Position numbers and translations under genes: made by a program
Notes under the pieces: generated by a model
The model's input: the letters and a program-made list of their open reading frames with translations, nothing else
The model's database searches: none
Told to the model about the DNA's origin: nothing
In this document: positions 38,767 through 52,069 of the stretch, one piece after another
Position numbering within the stretch: position 1 is the stretch's first letter
How the letters are laid out: each line of letters begins with the position of its first letter
Assembly: GCF_006345805.1 (NCBI RefSeq)
Contig: NC_042999.1
Location: 10,168,001 to 10,232,000, forward strand
DNA: 64,000 nucleotides
Direction: 5' to 3'
DNA from: Octopus sinensis
Taxonomy: Eukaryota

Positions 38767-38807
<41 letters not shown>

Positions 38808-39011
38808 CACACTTTTACATACACACACATATTTACGAAATATGTGTCTGAAGTAAAACACATGTATGCGTGCGTGTAAAATATATATATATATATATAT
38901 GGGCCCACGCATGCGCACATGTTTATATATTGGTATATATATAAACACAAACATACTCTTGCACTCATTACACATACACTGGCATAAATATATGTACGTG
39001 TGCGTTTGTTT

Positions 39012-39042
<31 letters not shown>

Positions 39043-39242
39043 GCAATAAACGAGCGTTAAATAGAGAAATATAAACCAATCGTAGAACCTGTTTACATCT
39101 GGCTAAACTTTTGGAATGTCTTTCCTCAAATAACATTCTGAAACCTGTGATGAGGTTTTGTTGAGCCGAATATAGTCTAAAATAAGAATCCAGGTGGCAG
39201 CAGCAGCAGCAGCATGCACTAGTAGTAGTAGTAGTAGTAGTA

Positions 39243-39282
<40 letters not shown>

Positions 39283-39486
39283 TGTTGGTAAGTAAAATTG
39301 GTTGAAACGAAAGACTAGTTGCAAGGTTTTTGGTTTCTTTCGATCGTTTTAAAATCCCACAAGGATTGATTCGGATTTTCATCTTTGTTTGGTCAGTAAA
39401 AAGTGTACCAGTGCTAAACTGGTGTCTATACAACGATACCGTCTCAGCTTTATATTTCCTATAATTGTAAGGCTTATGTGTTTAGA

Positions 39487-39858
39487 GTGGAGACGCAATG
39501 GCCCAGTGGTTAGGGTAGCGATCTCGCGATCATAGGATCGGGGTTTCGATTCCCAGACCGGGCGTTGTGAGTGTTTATTGAGCGAAAACACCTTAAGCTC
39601 CACGAGGCTCCGGCAAGCGAACCCTGCTGTATTCTTTCACCACAACTTTCTCTCACTCTTTCTTTCTGTTGTACCTGTATTTCAAAGGGGCCAGCCTCGT
39701 CACACTCTGTATCACGTTGTATCTCCCTGAGAACTACACTAAGAGCACACGCGTGTCTGTGGAGTGCTCAGCCACTTGCACGTTAATTTCACGAGCAGGC
39801 TGTTCTGTTGGTCGGATCAACTGGAGCCCTCGTCGTCGCAACCGACGGAGTGCCACGG
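39487..39858 (+). mobile_element. Chimeric SINE: family C head and body joined to family D 3' half
   Basis: TSD TGTGTTTAGA at 39477-39486 and 39859-39868. 39487-39670 aligns with the 7480 copy; 39670-39857 aligns with the reverse complement of 36419-36605. Confidence 0.85.
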
Positions 39859-40047
39859 TGTGTTTAGAAAATAGATAGATAGATAGATACAGGAACGTGC
39901 ACCAGTACTTTCTTACAACGCTCTGCAGAAGAATCCCTAATATACGGGAATAGGAAGTTGTAACATTCATGCTTTGCTAAAGACTTTAGCAGCGAAACTG
40001 AAGCAGAATAAAGCCTTTTGTCGTGGTTTTAGTCTGTAAGAAGCTTA

Positions 40048-40208
40048 CCTATTTCTTTACTACCCACAAGGGGCTAAACATAGAGGGGACAAACAAGGAC
40101 AGACATAGGTATTAAGTCGATTACATCGACCCCAGTGCGTAACTGGTACTTAATTTATCGACCCCGAAAGGATGAAAGGCAAAGTCGACCTCGGCGGAAT
40201 TTGAACTC
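40048..40208 (-). mobile_element. SINE family A, 5'-truncated, well conserved
   Basis: Near-perfect reverse complement of 54787-54945. Confidence 0.9.
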
Positions 40209-40773
40209 ACTTCATGTCTGTGATACATACATATTATAAGATCTTTGAATATAGAAGCTTATGCCCACAAGCCAAGTTTCAGCAGTTCAGTAGGAAATGT
40301 TACCTCAGTTCATTCCTTCTCACCTTAATTTTCCCCTTCACCTCATCCTTACCATCCTTTTTGTTTTATCTGTCCTTCTCCCTCTCTATCTCCTACAACC
40401 TCTTGTCTTACTCATGTTGTTTTGCGTTTCCCATCAGTGGTAGCCAGTCGATCAAACAGACGATTTAAAACACTGCTGCCTTTCCCCCACCCCTTTTATA
40501 CCTTTCTCCCGTTATCTTGACTCTGAAGAAGAAATCTGTCTGAAAAGTTGAAAACTCCATTCCCCACGGAGTGAAGAATGAAGATCATATTTCATATATC
40601 ATATATATTACCAGAAGTCCATTCAGTATTTAAATAATTCATAAAATATTTTTCATTTTGTTACAATTTTGTTGTTTTATAGTTTTAATAGCAGCTTTGC
40701 TATTTTGTCGTGAATATCTTGATATTATACACACATACATATGGATACATATACATGCATACATACATATGTT

Positions 40774-40852
<79 letters not shown>

Positions 40853-40992
40853 TATTTTAGATAAATACCATTTTCAACTCGGAGAAAATATCAATTTCTC
40901 CTAAAGATGGTGACAGAATAGAGCAAATCAATCGAACAAGTCCACAGGATGCAGAAACAAAATAAATGAATAAATGAATATGACAACCTAAC

Positions 40993-41060
40993 CATGACAT
41001 CTTCCGATAAACTTGCAGAACGCCTGAAAACGTCAGGCTCCGCTGAAGACCAGCCTAAGT
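40993..41060 (-). CDS. Candidate small internal coding exon
   Basis: CTAAT branch-like motif, TGTTTGATGTTCCAG acceptor, only one stop-free frame (DLGWSSAEPDVFRRSASLSEDVM), donor ATG|GTTAGG; phase 1 to 0. Confidence 0.45.
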
Positions 41061-41148
41061 CTGGAACATCAAACAGGATCAATGAAACACAGATATTAGC
41101 GGCCATTTATTTTCAACACAATCCAAATACAATACGGCAGGCTTCAAA

Positions 41149-41197
<49 letters not shown>

Positions 41198-42067
41198 CAC
41201 ACACACACACACACACACTCACTCATTCTTAAACCCCTGCAGTTATATATAATGTTGCAGCATGATATTGGTTTCATTTGTCAACGGTTCAGAATTTATC
41301 TGACGTTGATAAAGATGAATGACTGGTGATGTGTGAACACATCATTCACTCATCAGTCATTGATAAAGACTCAACAACCACCGAGACAAACAAATTTGTG
41401 GAAGATTTTAGCCAGTGATTAAGCTACCTTTGATGTTGGGGACACTGTCGACCGTTATGTCGCCCAGTATGAAGTTAATGAAAATCCCCATGAAAGACTT
41501 TATCGTGGCTTTCAATCGCCGAAAAAAATTACTGATTTGGTAGGGTACATAACACGATAGGTTTTTGGTCCTTATTTTTTTTTGTTTATTTCTATCATAA
41601 ACAATACCTACTTGGAGTTCCTGAAAAATATCTTGGTACCCGACATGAAAGGAAACAATTCTCCTGTATTATTATTCTAAGTCAGAATCGTGGACTTCGA
41701 TGCGTGAGTCTCAATGTACGGCAATTCCTTTCTACACAACACAAAAGTCTTTGGTGAAGTAAAGAGGGATCGAGGTTTTTGGTCACCTACAATCCCTTAT
41801 CTCTTTTAGATTTCTTCTTTGGGGTTATCTTCGTAATCAGGTCTACAGAACTACAACCAAAGACAGTTAGCATTGAAAATAAGGAATTGATGGAGTCAGG
41901 AACATTCGAACCACAATTTCCTTGACCAAATCGTTTTTACGAGTAGAGAACACATGTTGATCATATGTTGACAGACTGTGGCAATTTTAAGTCCGACACT
42001 CATATAAGATAACATTCGCTGATCCTATATAGATGTGTGTATGTGCGCGCGCGTGTGTGTATGTGTG

Positions 42068-42290
42068 TGAAGGCGTGTGGCCGAGCGGTTGAGGATGCTG
42101 CATTCACGAACGTGAGACCGTGGTTTCGATTCCCAGACCTGCTGCGCTTTGTGTTCTTGAACAAAACACTTCATTTCAGTTGTTCCAGTCTACTCAACTG
42201 CAAATGGGACTAGCTTTGCGAACGAAATGAAGTGCATTGTGACTAGCGATGTATAACAATATCTGATAATCTGGTCGATCACGTAATTAT
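42068..42290 (+). mobile_element. SINE with family D-like head, degenerate; related reverse fragment at ~14800-14960
   Basis: GAAGGCGTGTGGCCGAGCGGTT...GGTTTCGATTCCCAG...TCTTGAACAAAACACTT. Confidence 0.7.
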
Positions 42291-42304
42291 ATATATATAT
42301 ATAT

Positions 42305-42700
42305 GCGCAGGTGAGATTGTGTGGTAAGAAACTTGCTAACCAGCCACATGGTTCCGGATTCAGTCCCATTGCGTATTACCCTGAGCAAGCGTCTTTTACA
42401 ATAGCCTGAGGCAGACCAAAGCCTTGGGAGTGGATTTGGTAGACGGAAACTGAAAGAATCCCGTCGTATATATATATATATGTGTGTGAGGGGGTATTTT
42501 TGTGCCCGTGTTTGTCCCTCACCATCGCTTGACAACTGATGTTGGTGTGTTTACGTCCCCATAACTTAGCGGTGCAGCAAAAGAGACCGAGAGAATAAGT
42601 ACTAGGCTTACAAAGAATAAGTCCTGGATTTGTTCGATTAAAGGCAGTGCTCCAGCATGGTCACAATCAAATTACTGAAACAAGTAAAAGAGTAAAAGAA
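42305..42700 (+). mobile_element. SINE family B, full length
   Basis: Head GCGCAGG...TGTGTGGTAAG, internal TA/TG tract, tail GACTGAAACAAGTAAAAGAGTAAAAGA-like. Confidence 0.9.
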
Positions 42701-42739
42701 TACACACACACACTTCGAATGTCCCGTCCGTGTTTTTTG

Positions 42740-42796
42740 TATCATCTTCTAAATGTTTTACGTTCTTGTCCAGTTTGTATTTTTCTACATATAATA

Positions 42797-42874
<78 letters not shown>

Positions 42875-43038
42875 GCATACATATATATAATGCGTATATT
42901 TATAAACGTACCTATGAACACACATATACATACAGTAATCTCTCGCCATATCGCGGTTCACCGATCGCGGTTCTCCTAACGCGGTTTTTTGTATCATCTT
43001 CTAAATGTTTTACGTTCTTGTCCCAGTTTGTATTTTTC

Positions 43039-43082
<44 letters not shown>

Positions 43083-43195
43083 GCATACATATATACAAAT
43101 GCGTATATTTATAAACGTACCTATGAACACATATACATACTGTAATCTCTCGCCATATCGCGGTTCACCGATCGCGGTTCTCCTAACGCGGTTTA
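42740..43195. repeat. Tandem duplication of ~240 bp including the left end of a MITE
   Basis: TTTTTGTATCATCTTCTAAATG...CTCCTAACGCGGTTT occurs twice in tandem. Confidence 0.9.
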
Positions 43196-43799
43196 TTATT
43201 TAAGCTTACATCGATTCATCTGTGGCATCGTTTTGCATTTATAATAAAATAGATATACACAAATTATAAAAATAATAATAATAATAATAGGAGTGGCTGT
43301 GTGGTAAGTAGCTTGCTAACCAACCACATGGTTCCGGGTTCAGTCCCACTGCGTGGCATCTTAGGCAAGTGTCTTCTGCTATAGCTCCGGGCCGACCAAT
43401 GCCTTGTGAGTGGATTTGGTAGACGGAAACTGAAAGAAGCCTGTCGTATATATGTATATGTATGTATATGTGTGTTTGTGTGTCTGTGTTTGTCCCCCTA
43501 GCATTGCTTGACAACCGATGCTGGTGTGTTTACGTCCCCGTCACTTAGCGGTTCGGCAAAAGAGACCGATAGAATAAGTACTGGGTTACAAAGAATAAGT
43601 CCCGGGGTTGATTTGCTCGACTAAAGGCGGTGCTCCAGCATGGCCGCAGTCAAATGACTGAAACAAGTAAAAGAGTAAAAGAGAGAGTAAAGAGAGCACA
43701 GTACTGTTTCTACTTCGCGAATTTTCACCTATTGCGGTGGTGGTGGGGAGGGGGGTTACAATTTGGAACGTAACACCCGGGATAGTCGAAGGATTATTG
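43140..43799. mobile_element. MITE (same family as 9586-9802) interrupted by a SINE B
   Basis: TA|C.GTAATCTCTCGCCATATCGCGG ... CCGGGATAGTCGAAGGATTATTG|TA; the internal sequence matches 9586-9802 on both sides of the SINE. Confidence 0.8.
43289..43690 (+). mobile_element. SINE family B, full length, low divergence
   Basis: GGAGTGGCTGTGTGGTAAGTAGCTTGC head, GGTTCAGTCCC B-box-like motif, (GTAAAAGA)n tail; inserted into the AAT run of the MITE. Confidence 0.93.
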
Positions 43800-44279
43800 T
43801 ATATACAAAATCCACCCACAATGCTTTGGTCGGCTCAAGATGCCACGCAGTAGAACTGATCCTGAAACCCCGCTATTAAGAAGAAAACTAAAACCACACA
43901 GACACGCCTGCGCCTATACGTGCGCGCGCGCGTGTGTGTGTGCGTGTGCGTGTGCGTGTGCGTGTGTGTGTGTGTGTGTGACCGAGATCGTGTGTGTAAA
44001 TACACTCAAAACTTTGTGGTGTTGGCTTGAAGCCAAGTTTGAGAATGGAAGCTTGTTTCGAATTTTTATATTTCTAGTACAATTTATTTATTTATGTTTC
44101 TTTTTATTAATTTTCTGGTAATATTTTTGGTTTTTATTGTTTCGGGAGCAATTGTTATCTGAGTTTGGTAAATAGAAGCAGATAAATGTCAACATTGTTT
44201 CCTATTTTGATTAATGGTGTACGGATTAGCATAGAGACACACACAAACACACAAACACGCTCACATATATACGTATGTA

Positions 44280-44311
<32 letters not shown>

Positions 44312-44344
44312 GTTATAGATATAGATATATGCATATATATGCAT

Positions 44345-44515
44345 ATATGGGTACAGGACGTCACCAACTGTGCAAACAACATGAAGTACGAAAACAAACG
44401 AGTTAAATATGCAAACAACGGGAGAAGAAATAGAAAACAGCACAAGTAACACAAAGAACGATCCTTCATCAATTGTCGGCGGTCTATCTACTCGTCATTT
44501 CGAGCATTCGACAAC
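44345..44515 (-). mobile_element. Probable PLE pLTR-type remnant between TA-rich arrays
   Basis: Minus strand has GCTCGAAA and GACAA-TTGATGA-AGG hammerhead-like half motifs plus a T-rich tail like the other TA-flanked units; no intact fold. Confidence 0.35.
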
Positions 44516-44524
44516 ATATATACA

Positions 44525-44567
<43 letters not shown>

Positions 44568-44953
44568 GCTTACTGTTCCGTTAAGGTAAGATCAACAAAA
44601 AAAGTTTTTCTCCATGCAGTAAAGAGATAAATATCATTCTCTGTACACAATATAAAGATACGAGCTACCAATAGTTTCATGCTTTGAAAATGCGAATCAA
44701 GGCAGGTTTTCCTAACATGCCTTGTGTCTCCTAACAATCGTCAGACTCAGAGCACATGGCCTGCTCGATTTACAAGGTATTATAATTACCTCATCTTCCC
44801 TTTCACCTTTTCTACACATACTCACACACAAAACATATATAGGGAAGAGGGGGGTGAGAGAGCGTGTGTGTGACTGTGGAAGAGAGAGAGAAAAAAAGAG
44901 TATTAGCATGTAGACAAGTGTTTGTGTACGGTAATATATATATATATTATATG

Positions 44954-45010
<57 letters not shown>

Positions 45011-45559
45011 TATACACATATTGTATTAACTTATATTGTCAATATATTATATTTATCACCTTCTATGTATGTATGTATGTATGTATGTATGTATGTATGT
45101 ATGTATGTGTACCGCGCGCATAAACGAGAGAAAGAGAAGCTGACAGAGGTGGAGAGAAAGGAGATAGTGAGAGACGGAGAGAAATACAGTTGAAGTTATT
45201 TTTCTCTTTATTCATGAGTTGAAATTTGCTGTTTTGTTTTTTTGTTCTGTCCAAGCTTCTGAAACATGCATTATTGGCTAAGTTCACCAAGCTGTCATGA
45301 ACAGGTAACCAAACCACAGATCAATTCAACAATCGTCTTGATCCGGCACCTCGTGTTTTGACTGATTTATTTAACAGCCAGTTTCAATTGCTAAAGCCAC
45401 TTAATACACACAGCATCCAGCGGCATTGAGCATCCACAATGAAGACTTTATATTTTGGTATATAGGACGATTCATTCGACCAGCTGAGCAGTTGGTCTCA
45501 GAACCATGAGATTGTAGTTTCGAAACCCAGGTTATTTTACGTATGTATAGACAAACAAA

Positions 45560-45613
<54 letters not shown>

Positions 45614-45617
<4 letters not shown>

Positions 45618-45878
45618 GCAGGAGTGGCTGTGTGGTAAGTAGCTTGCTTCCCAACCACATGGTTCCGGGTTCAGTCCCACTGCGTGGCATCTTGGGCAAG
45701 TGTCTTCTACTATAGCCCCGGGCCGACCAATACCTTGTGAGTGGATTTGGTAGACGGAAACTGAAAGAAGCCTGTCGTATATATGTATATATATATATGC
45801 GTGTGTGTGTTGTGTGTCTGTGTTTTTCCCCCTAGCATTGCTTGACAACCGATGCTGGTGTGTTTACGTCCCCGTCAC
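45614..45878 (+). mobile_element. SINE family B, 3'-truncated, between (TA)n arrays
   Basis: Nearly identical to 43289-43545. Confidence 0.92.
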
Positions 45879-48800
45879 TACTATATATATATATATATTA
45901 TACATATACACGTATGTACAATACATATAGCACACACAGAGAGACAGGGGTGGAGGGGTGGAGAGAGAAATACCAGACATTTGGAAAGATGGAGAGTGAT
46001 GAAAAAAGATAAGTGAGCAACGGAGTATATCATATTCAATATCTTTGGCCCTTAAATATGCTCTCTCTCTCTCTCTCTTTCTCACTTTCTCTCCTTCTCT
46101 CTCCCTCTCTCTACTATTTTCGACCTTTACAAGAGCGGCACCTGCTCCTTGAAACTCACACCAGTTGGTCTCGTGTCGGTTCCACCCTACTCCAATCATT
46201 CACTCGTCTCCTTTTCTTATTTTCTTCCATATTTCTGTTCTCCCCACCACCACCACCACCACCCAAGCCAGCACTAACCCTTTTTACTCCTTCGACCTTC
46301 CTCCCTAGAATGTTCGCTGGCTGTAATTCCTTCTCTGTGCATTGTATTCCAGTAACCATTGACATTGACATGCAGCTGTCAACGGCACCGAACTCACTGG
46401 TCCCAGAGGGGCAGCAAATGCCATCGGCATCGTCTCTTCCTTCAAACCAACCCAGTCAAGAATTTTTGTGAACTTTTAAACAAATTACAAAAGTAAAAAG
46501 GTTTCAAGGTCACGACATATGTTTCCTCCGTATATGTTGATGTTGTTGTTACTGTTGTCGTTTTCTAGGCTCTGCTTGAATCCATAGCACAGCAGTCAAA
46601 TCCTTAGGATCACCCTGCATCTTTACACCTATGATATACTGATCTTCAAACCTTTTAAGGACCATACTACAAACTCATCCTTACACAATGTGTGACTGTG
46701 CGAGAAACGGTTGTAAAAGTTTAAGCGTGAAGAGTATCGAGTGTCATTAAACAAGATGTCGGCTCCACAAACGCCATTTCGGAGTCCAGTTTCGATTTTT
46801 TCTTGAAGTCAATTTACATCATTTAAGCTGCAAATAATCTTGGGAAAAAGCCTAAATGTCATGCAGTCGTTTTTCTCTCCTTTGTCTGACCTTGTGCTCA
46901 CATAGAAAATTGAATATTTACATAAAGGTGGGTGGTTCGGATCCCATCATGTACGTTATTCTCGTTTATTCTGTCCATCTTAAGTGTAAGGACAGCATTG
47001 GGCTGGGGAAAGATGGCTTACTGCTTTGAGCTGCGTTAATACAATATCACTAACAATTGTTTCTCCAAGATGCGATGCTAAATTCAACTATATTGGTCTC
47101 GACAGCATCTTCAAGTGGCGTCCTTACGACATGATGAGTTTAGGGTCTCAACGTACTGTATGTTGCTGTTTAACACCAGGTCAACACCAGGTCGAGCAGA
47201 CCTCTTTGATCACACTTTCCAGCTTTGAATAACCGTTTTATTTATTATTATAATTATACATCATTATCCAATATGTAATCTTTTTTTTTTAAACGATAAG
47301 GTTTAAGGAAGATTGAGCTGCTATTTCTAACAGATTGACAATGTAGAGTTTCCTACTACATAAAAAAATGTCTGCTTGACTTTTATCTTTTATCTTTTCT
47401 TTTTTTGTCATAATTACATCAAAGCAAATCAATAAAATGGTAATTATATGCCGCTTGCAAATGAGCTTGTTCATTAATTATCGATAATTCTGAAATTAAT
47501 TGATGTTATGACAGTAAATATCCTTTGAACATTTGATACTATTTTCTTTATCTAATTATTTGTTATATTTTAATCGCTTCGTCGTCTGCCCGCCCCTATG
47601 TAAACCAGATTTGCAAATAAGTATCAAAACAACAGTGTAAGACGTATACGAAAAGGACAAAAAGACAGACATGGATAAAGCTATTTCATCAGCCGCATTT
47701 TTATCCAGAGTCAGTAGGATTTCGGTGCTTGAAAACATTTAGTTTTTGGACAGGTTCGAAAGCAAAATATTTTCTGACAGTCATAGGGTTTCTAAGATTG
47801 GGCCTGGAGAAAAAGGTGAGTCGGTGGTTAATAGTATTGGAACAATGGTAGCAATAAAGATTTCAAATTCAAACTTAGCCTTGGAGTATGTAATATATGT
47901 AAGTATAGGGTACTTAAAGCTCTAAATATAATATAGTAGTTAAATATAGAGGAACAACACGATGACTTGCCAGAAAGATTTAGGTTGTAGGGCGTGAACT
48001 CTTGTGAAAGATCGTACAGTGATTTATTGTTTCAACGACCACTTGCTGAGGGCGAGAAAGATCTCTTGTTTATCAGCACCACCCTTCTACCAAGAAGATT
48101 CATCTCAACAACTATCATCACACAACATACCACACCACATTCACTCGTACCAGAGCAGACGCCCCCGTCTACTCGCACGCGAAATCATCAAGGTTTCTGG
48201 TGGTGGTGGTGGTGGGATGGGTGCTGATGGTGCTGCTGTTGTTGCTGATGGTGCAGGTGAGTTGGGTGATGATCATGATCGTAATCATCATTATAGTATG
48301 ATGATGCTGGTGGTGGTGGTGGTGGTGGTGGTGGTGGCAAAAAAATGGAGAAAGATGTAGAGAGAGAAAGAAGGAACGGATACAGGGAAGAGATAAACAG
48401 ATACATAGATAAATAGGGGAGAGTGAAAGAAAAAGAGAGAGAGAGAGCAACAAGAAAGCGAAAGAGAGTAAAAGAGAAGAAGAAGAAGAATCTGTAACTC
48501 TAGCCTCGCAATCAGGGTTGGCTGTTTTTTTTTTTTTTTTTTTCGTTTTTTTTCTTTTCTTCCTTTTTTTTACAAGATTGCTATCAGAAGCAACAGCAAC
48601 GAACAGCAAAAGGAACAAAGCAACGATAATAGACTGCATTTAGCGCCATTTTTTACTTTCAAACTCGTCAGTCAGGTTGGAATGTCTTGTTGAGTGAAGG
48701 CCATGTTGTTGGATTATAAGAATGTAGCCAGCAGACAAGAACCTAATATGGAGAGCGAAAGCGATACTCAAAACAAAATGCAATGAAACAGTTGAAGAAA

Positions 48801-49042
48801 TTGGTTGAGGAGGTGTTGTTGTTGTTGTTGTTAGTGGGGGTGAGGGTGGTGTTGTCCCATACATGTCAATAAAACTGGTTATACGGAGTACGACAGTAAA
48901 ACCTTGTTTTTGTTAGCCAATGGCGTGGTGCTAGAAAAAGTTAGGCAGGTATTGACGGTGTCTTCCTGTAGATAATGGTTTTCCTCTTTATTCTAGATAC
49001 CTTCATCGTTTGCACCTCAGTGCACAACTTGCGTCTGTTGTT

Positions 49043-49421
49043 TGTTTGTTGAGCGAAGCGGTCTTCGTCCCATGTCTGTAGTGGGAGAAGTCCGAAACGT
49101 GGTCCTTTTTGCTATTCGTAAGACCCGCAGAAGAGAAAGCAAGTCAACCCCCGACACCGAGAGCATCGTCGGGTGGGTGAATGCGCATCCAGGCTCAGCA
49201 GTTGCGTAGGAAGTCGGGGACAAGAAACAGGAAGAAAGAGTGAGAGAGAAAGTTGGGGCAAAAAAGTACAACAGGGCTCGCCACCACCCCCTGTCGGAGC
49301 ATCGTGGAGCTCTTAGGTGTTTTCGGTCAATAAACACACACAACGCCTGGTCTGGAAATCGAAACCGCGATCCTCCGACCACGAGTCCGCTGCCCTAACC
49401 ACTGGGCCATTGCGCTTCCAC
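49043..49421 (-). mobile_element. SINE family C, full length
   Basis: 13-bp TSD TGCGTCTGTTGTT at 49030-49042 and 49422-49434; tRNA-like head and (CAAA)n tail. Confidence 0.93.
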
Positions 49422-52069
49422 TGCGTCTGTTGTTGAAAAGTATAATGAAAAGAAGGAATTTCGAGGGGTGGGGGAGTGAATTATTGAATTATCATTCTTC
49501 AATTATTTTATAAAATGAAGCACTGAAGTGCAGTTTAGAGTTTTGCCTCTTTAAATTCTGAGTTACCAGAATCGACTTTATTGTTTTTTTCTCTCTCCAA
49601 AGTCAATAAAATAAGAACCAGCGTTTTTCAAGATCGTTCCAATCGGTGCAGAAATGAACTTTATGCCTAATCGTAAGACCTCAATATATTCATAGGAAAT
49701 TTAAGAAGATAGTTAAAACACAATGTTAAGGATTGAGAAAATTATATAAATAAATAAAAAATAATTGCATGTAAAAATGACTGTGAACTATTTCTAGAAT
49801 CTGGTTTGTTGTTTGTTGAACTCAACGTCTAAACGATATAAATGTCTTGTCTGATATCAACAGAATACGTCAGCAGTTTGTTATATTGCTGTGCTTCGAG
49901 AAACTGTTACAAAATTGACATCTCACAAATTGTCGGATTTAAATATTTGTCTTTTGTTTTGAAGAGAAAAATGTACAAACAATTGCGTTCCATGAAGTGA
50001 ACTGGGAAACTTCAGATTACTTCAAGTGAACACCTCGAATCTATAAAATATTATCGAAGTGGGTTTCTAGTTGCAGCCATAAAACAGAAACTCCATAAAT
50101 TGGGTGAATTTAATTTAAAAAATGACAGTTTTCAAGTGTTCCTAAAATTCCTTTGAACGTTAATCCTGAACGTTAATCCTGAACTCAAGCTTAGCAGTTG
50201 TTAAATATTTTCCTCGGAGCTAACATCCAGAATGCAGAATTCCCGTTGTGGATCTTCGTTGGGAAAATAGGAACCCAAAGGAAAGAAAATAAATGTAATG
50301 TAAAAATATTTGTATTTGCCATAAGGAAAACGAAATTATCAATATTTCGGGTAAATGCCTCCTTATCATATTGAAGGAGGTGGACGCAAGAAAAATTACT
50401 TCAAAGAATATCTGCTTGATGTATGTTCTAACATCCCTGGGCCCTTTTAAACTGACCCCACATTTCACTTGGCTGAGCAAGACCTCTCCCTAGTCTCAAC
50501 AACTGTTTATATTTCCAACAATTCTTTCTCGTCTTCTTTCAATTTCCTCCCCCCAACTCTTACGCATATTGCTCAGCCTTCCCGTTCATTCAACCCCCAC
50601 ACATACATGCTGTTATGCCTTCACATAACCCCCCCCCCCCCAAGCCTGCTCATGCACCAACTCAGCCACCATTTACTATTTCTTCTTCTTTACTCGTGTC
50701 CGACAGTTAACTCCCCCCACCCACAGCTCGGAATCCTCAAACTCATCCCTCCCCTTCCTCCTTCGTCCCTTTTATATCATGAATCCGCCATAATAATACA
50801 GGAGTTCCTTTTTCTCGCATATTTTCACTCTCTCTCTCCTCCTTCTCCTCTTTACTCCAAACACAAATCCAGTTACATTCAATTCATTTCCCTTTCTTTG
50901 AATTCTTTTTTTATTCGATTAATCTTACATCCTTGGCGTTAATCTTCTAAACGCAGCGCTTGGCAGCAAGAAATGATGCTGCGTCGAAACGCTTTAACCT
51001 TCATCCATCTTGTATTGACAGAATAGGTACCAGTTATATACTGGCGTAGATTTCATTGACTACAGCCCCTTCACCCTTTCAAATCTGCTGTATGAAATCA
51101 TTTTTCATTCTATTAAACGAAGATTACGATTCAGAAATGGCCCAGTACCGTTAAAATGCTTTAGACTCGGCGGAATTCTCAAATCCTGGTAGAGTCGACT
51201 TCGACTTTTGTTATCAAACATTATTCTAATTAAAAGTAAATCTTTTGAAATAAATACCTGCGTAGCTAACATCTGAAAACTCCCAGCCCTAAATTGGCGA
51301 TGCTGGTGGTGGTAATGCTGCCTAGTCACACCTCACTCCAGTTCAAACAACCCTAAAATCAAGTTTTCCAACCATGACCACCTGTCTTATTTTCAGATAT
51401 ATCTACAACCACATTATCATACATAACCATCCTTGCTTAAGACGCTAGAGAGTGGTTCGAGGGAGATTTGCCTGTTATTTCTAACAGTTTTAGTGATCAC
51501 TTAGAAGTCTCTCTTTCAGTAAAGTGAATGTGGTTGATGTTCTGTTTGAAGCTTGTTTAGAAGATGCGAGCAATTCCAGAATGATGCAGTTTTTTTTAAG
51601 GGGTTGAATATAGGCAAAGTGTTTGGTCTCTCATTTTATGTGGTAGGAGGTGGAGAAGAGAAAAGATACCTACATCAGCAACACTGAAAGGGCATAAGGA
51701 GCCATTGCAGTATAGAGAGAGTGGTGGGAGGAGAGGAAGAATAAGGGCCGTTTCTGCCTATGAACTAATGGTGTTGAGCAAGATAGTTGTGAACTTTTGC
51801 CAACGAGGCTGGACTGTTTAGGAAACAGTCTACAATGTCATACAATAGCAGCTGCAAAACGAGGGCCAACTTGTACTTTGTATGAGATCAACAACTATTC
51901 AAAACTGAAATATTTTCTGGTTTTCAAGAGGAAGCCATTGTTGTTTTGCGGAATGTTGTACAGGTGCGGCATATATCTTTACCCATCATTCATTATGTCA
52001 TAAAACGAAGCTTTTAGGTTAATGGAAGTTTACAGGTCGATTGTTGTATATTCTGATAATATTTCACAT

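Noticed and set aside
39100-39180. Possible minus-strand exon after TTTTAG
   Set aside because: Poor donors and no frame that links the neighbouring candidate exons.
40510-40560. CTGAAGA...CTGAAA hammerhead-like string
   Set aside because: Stems I and III cannot be formed convincingly.
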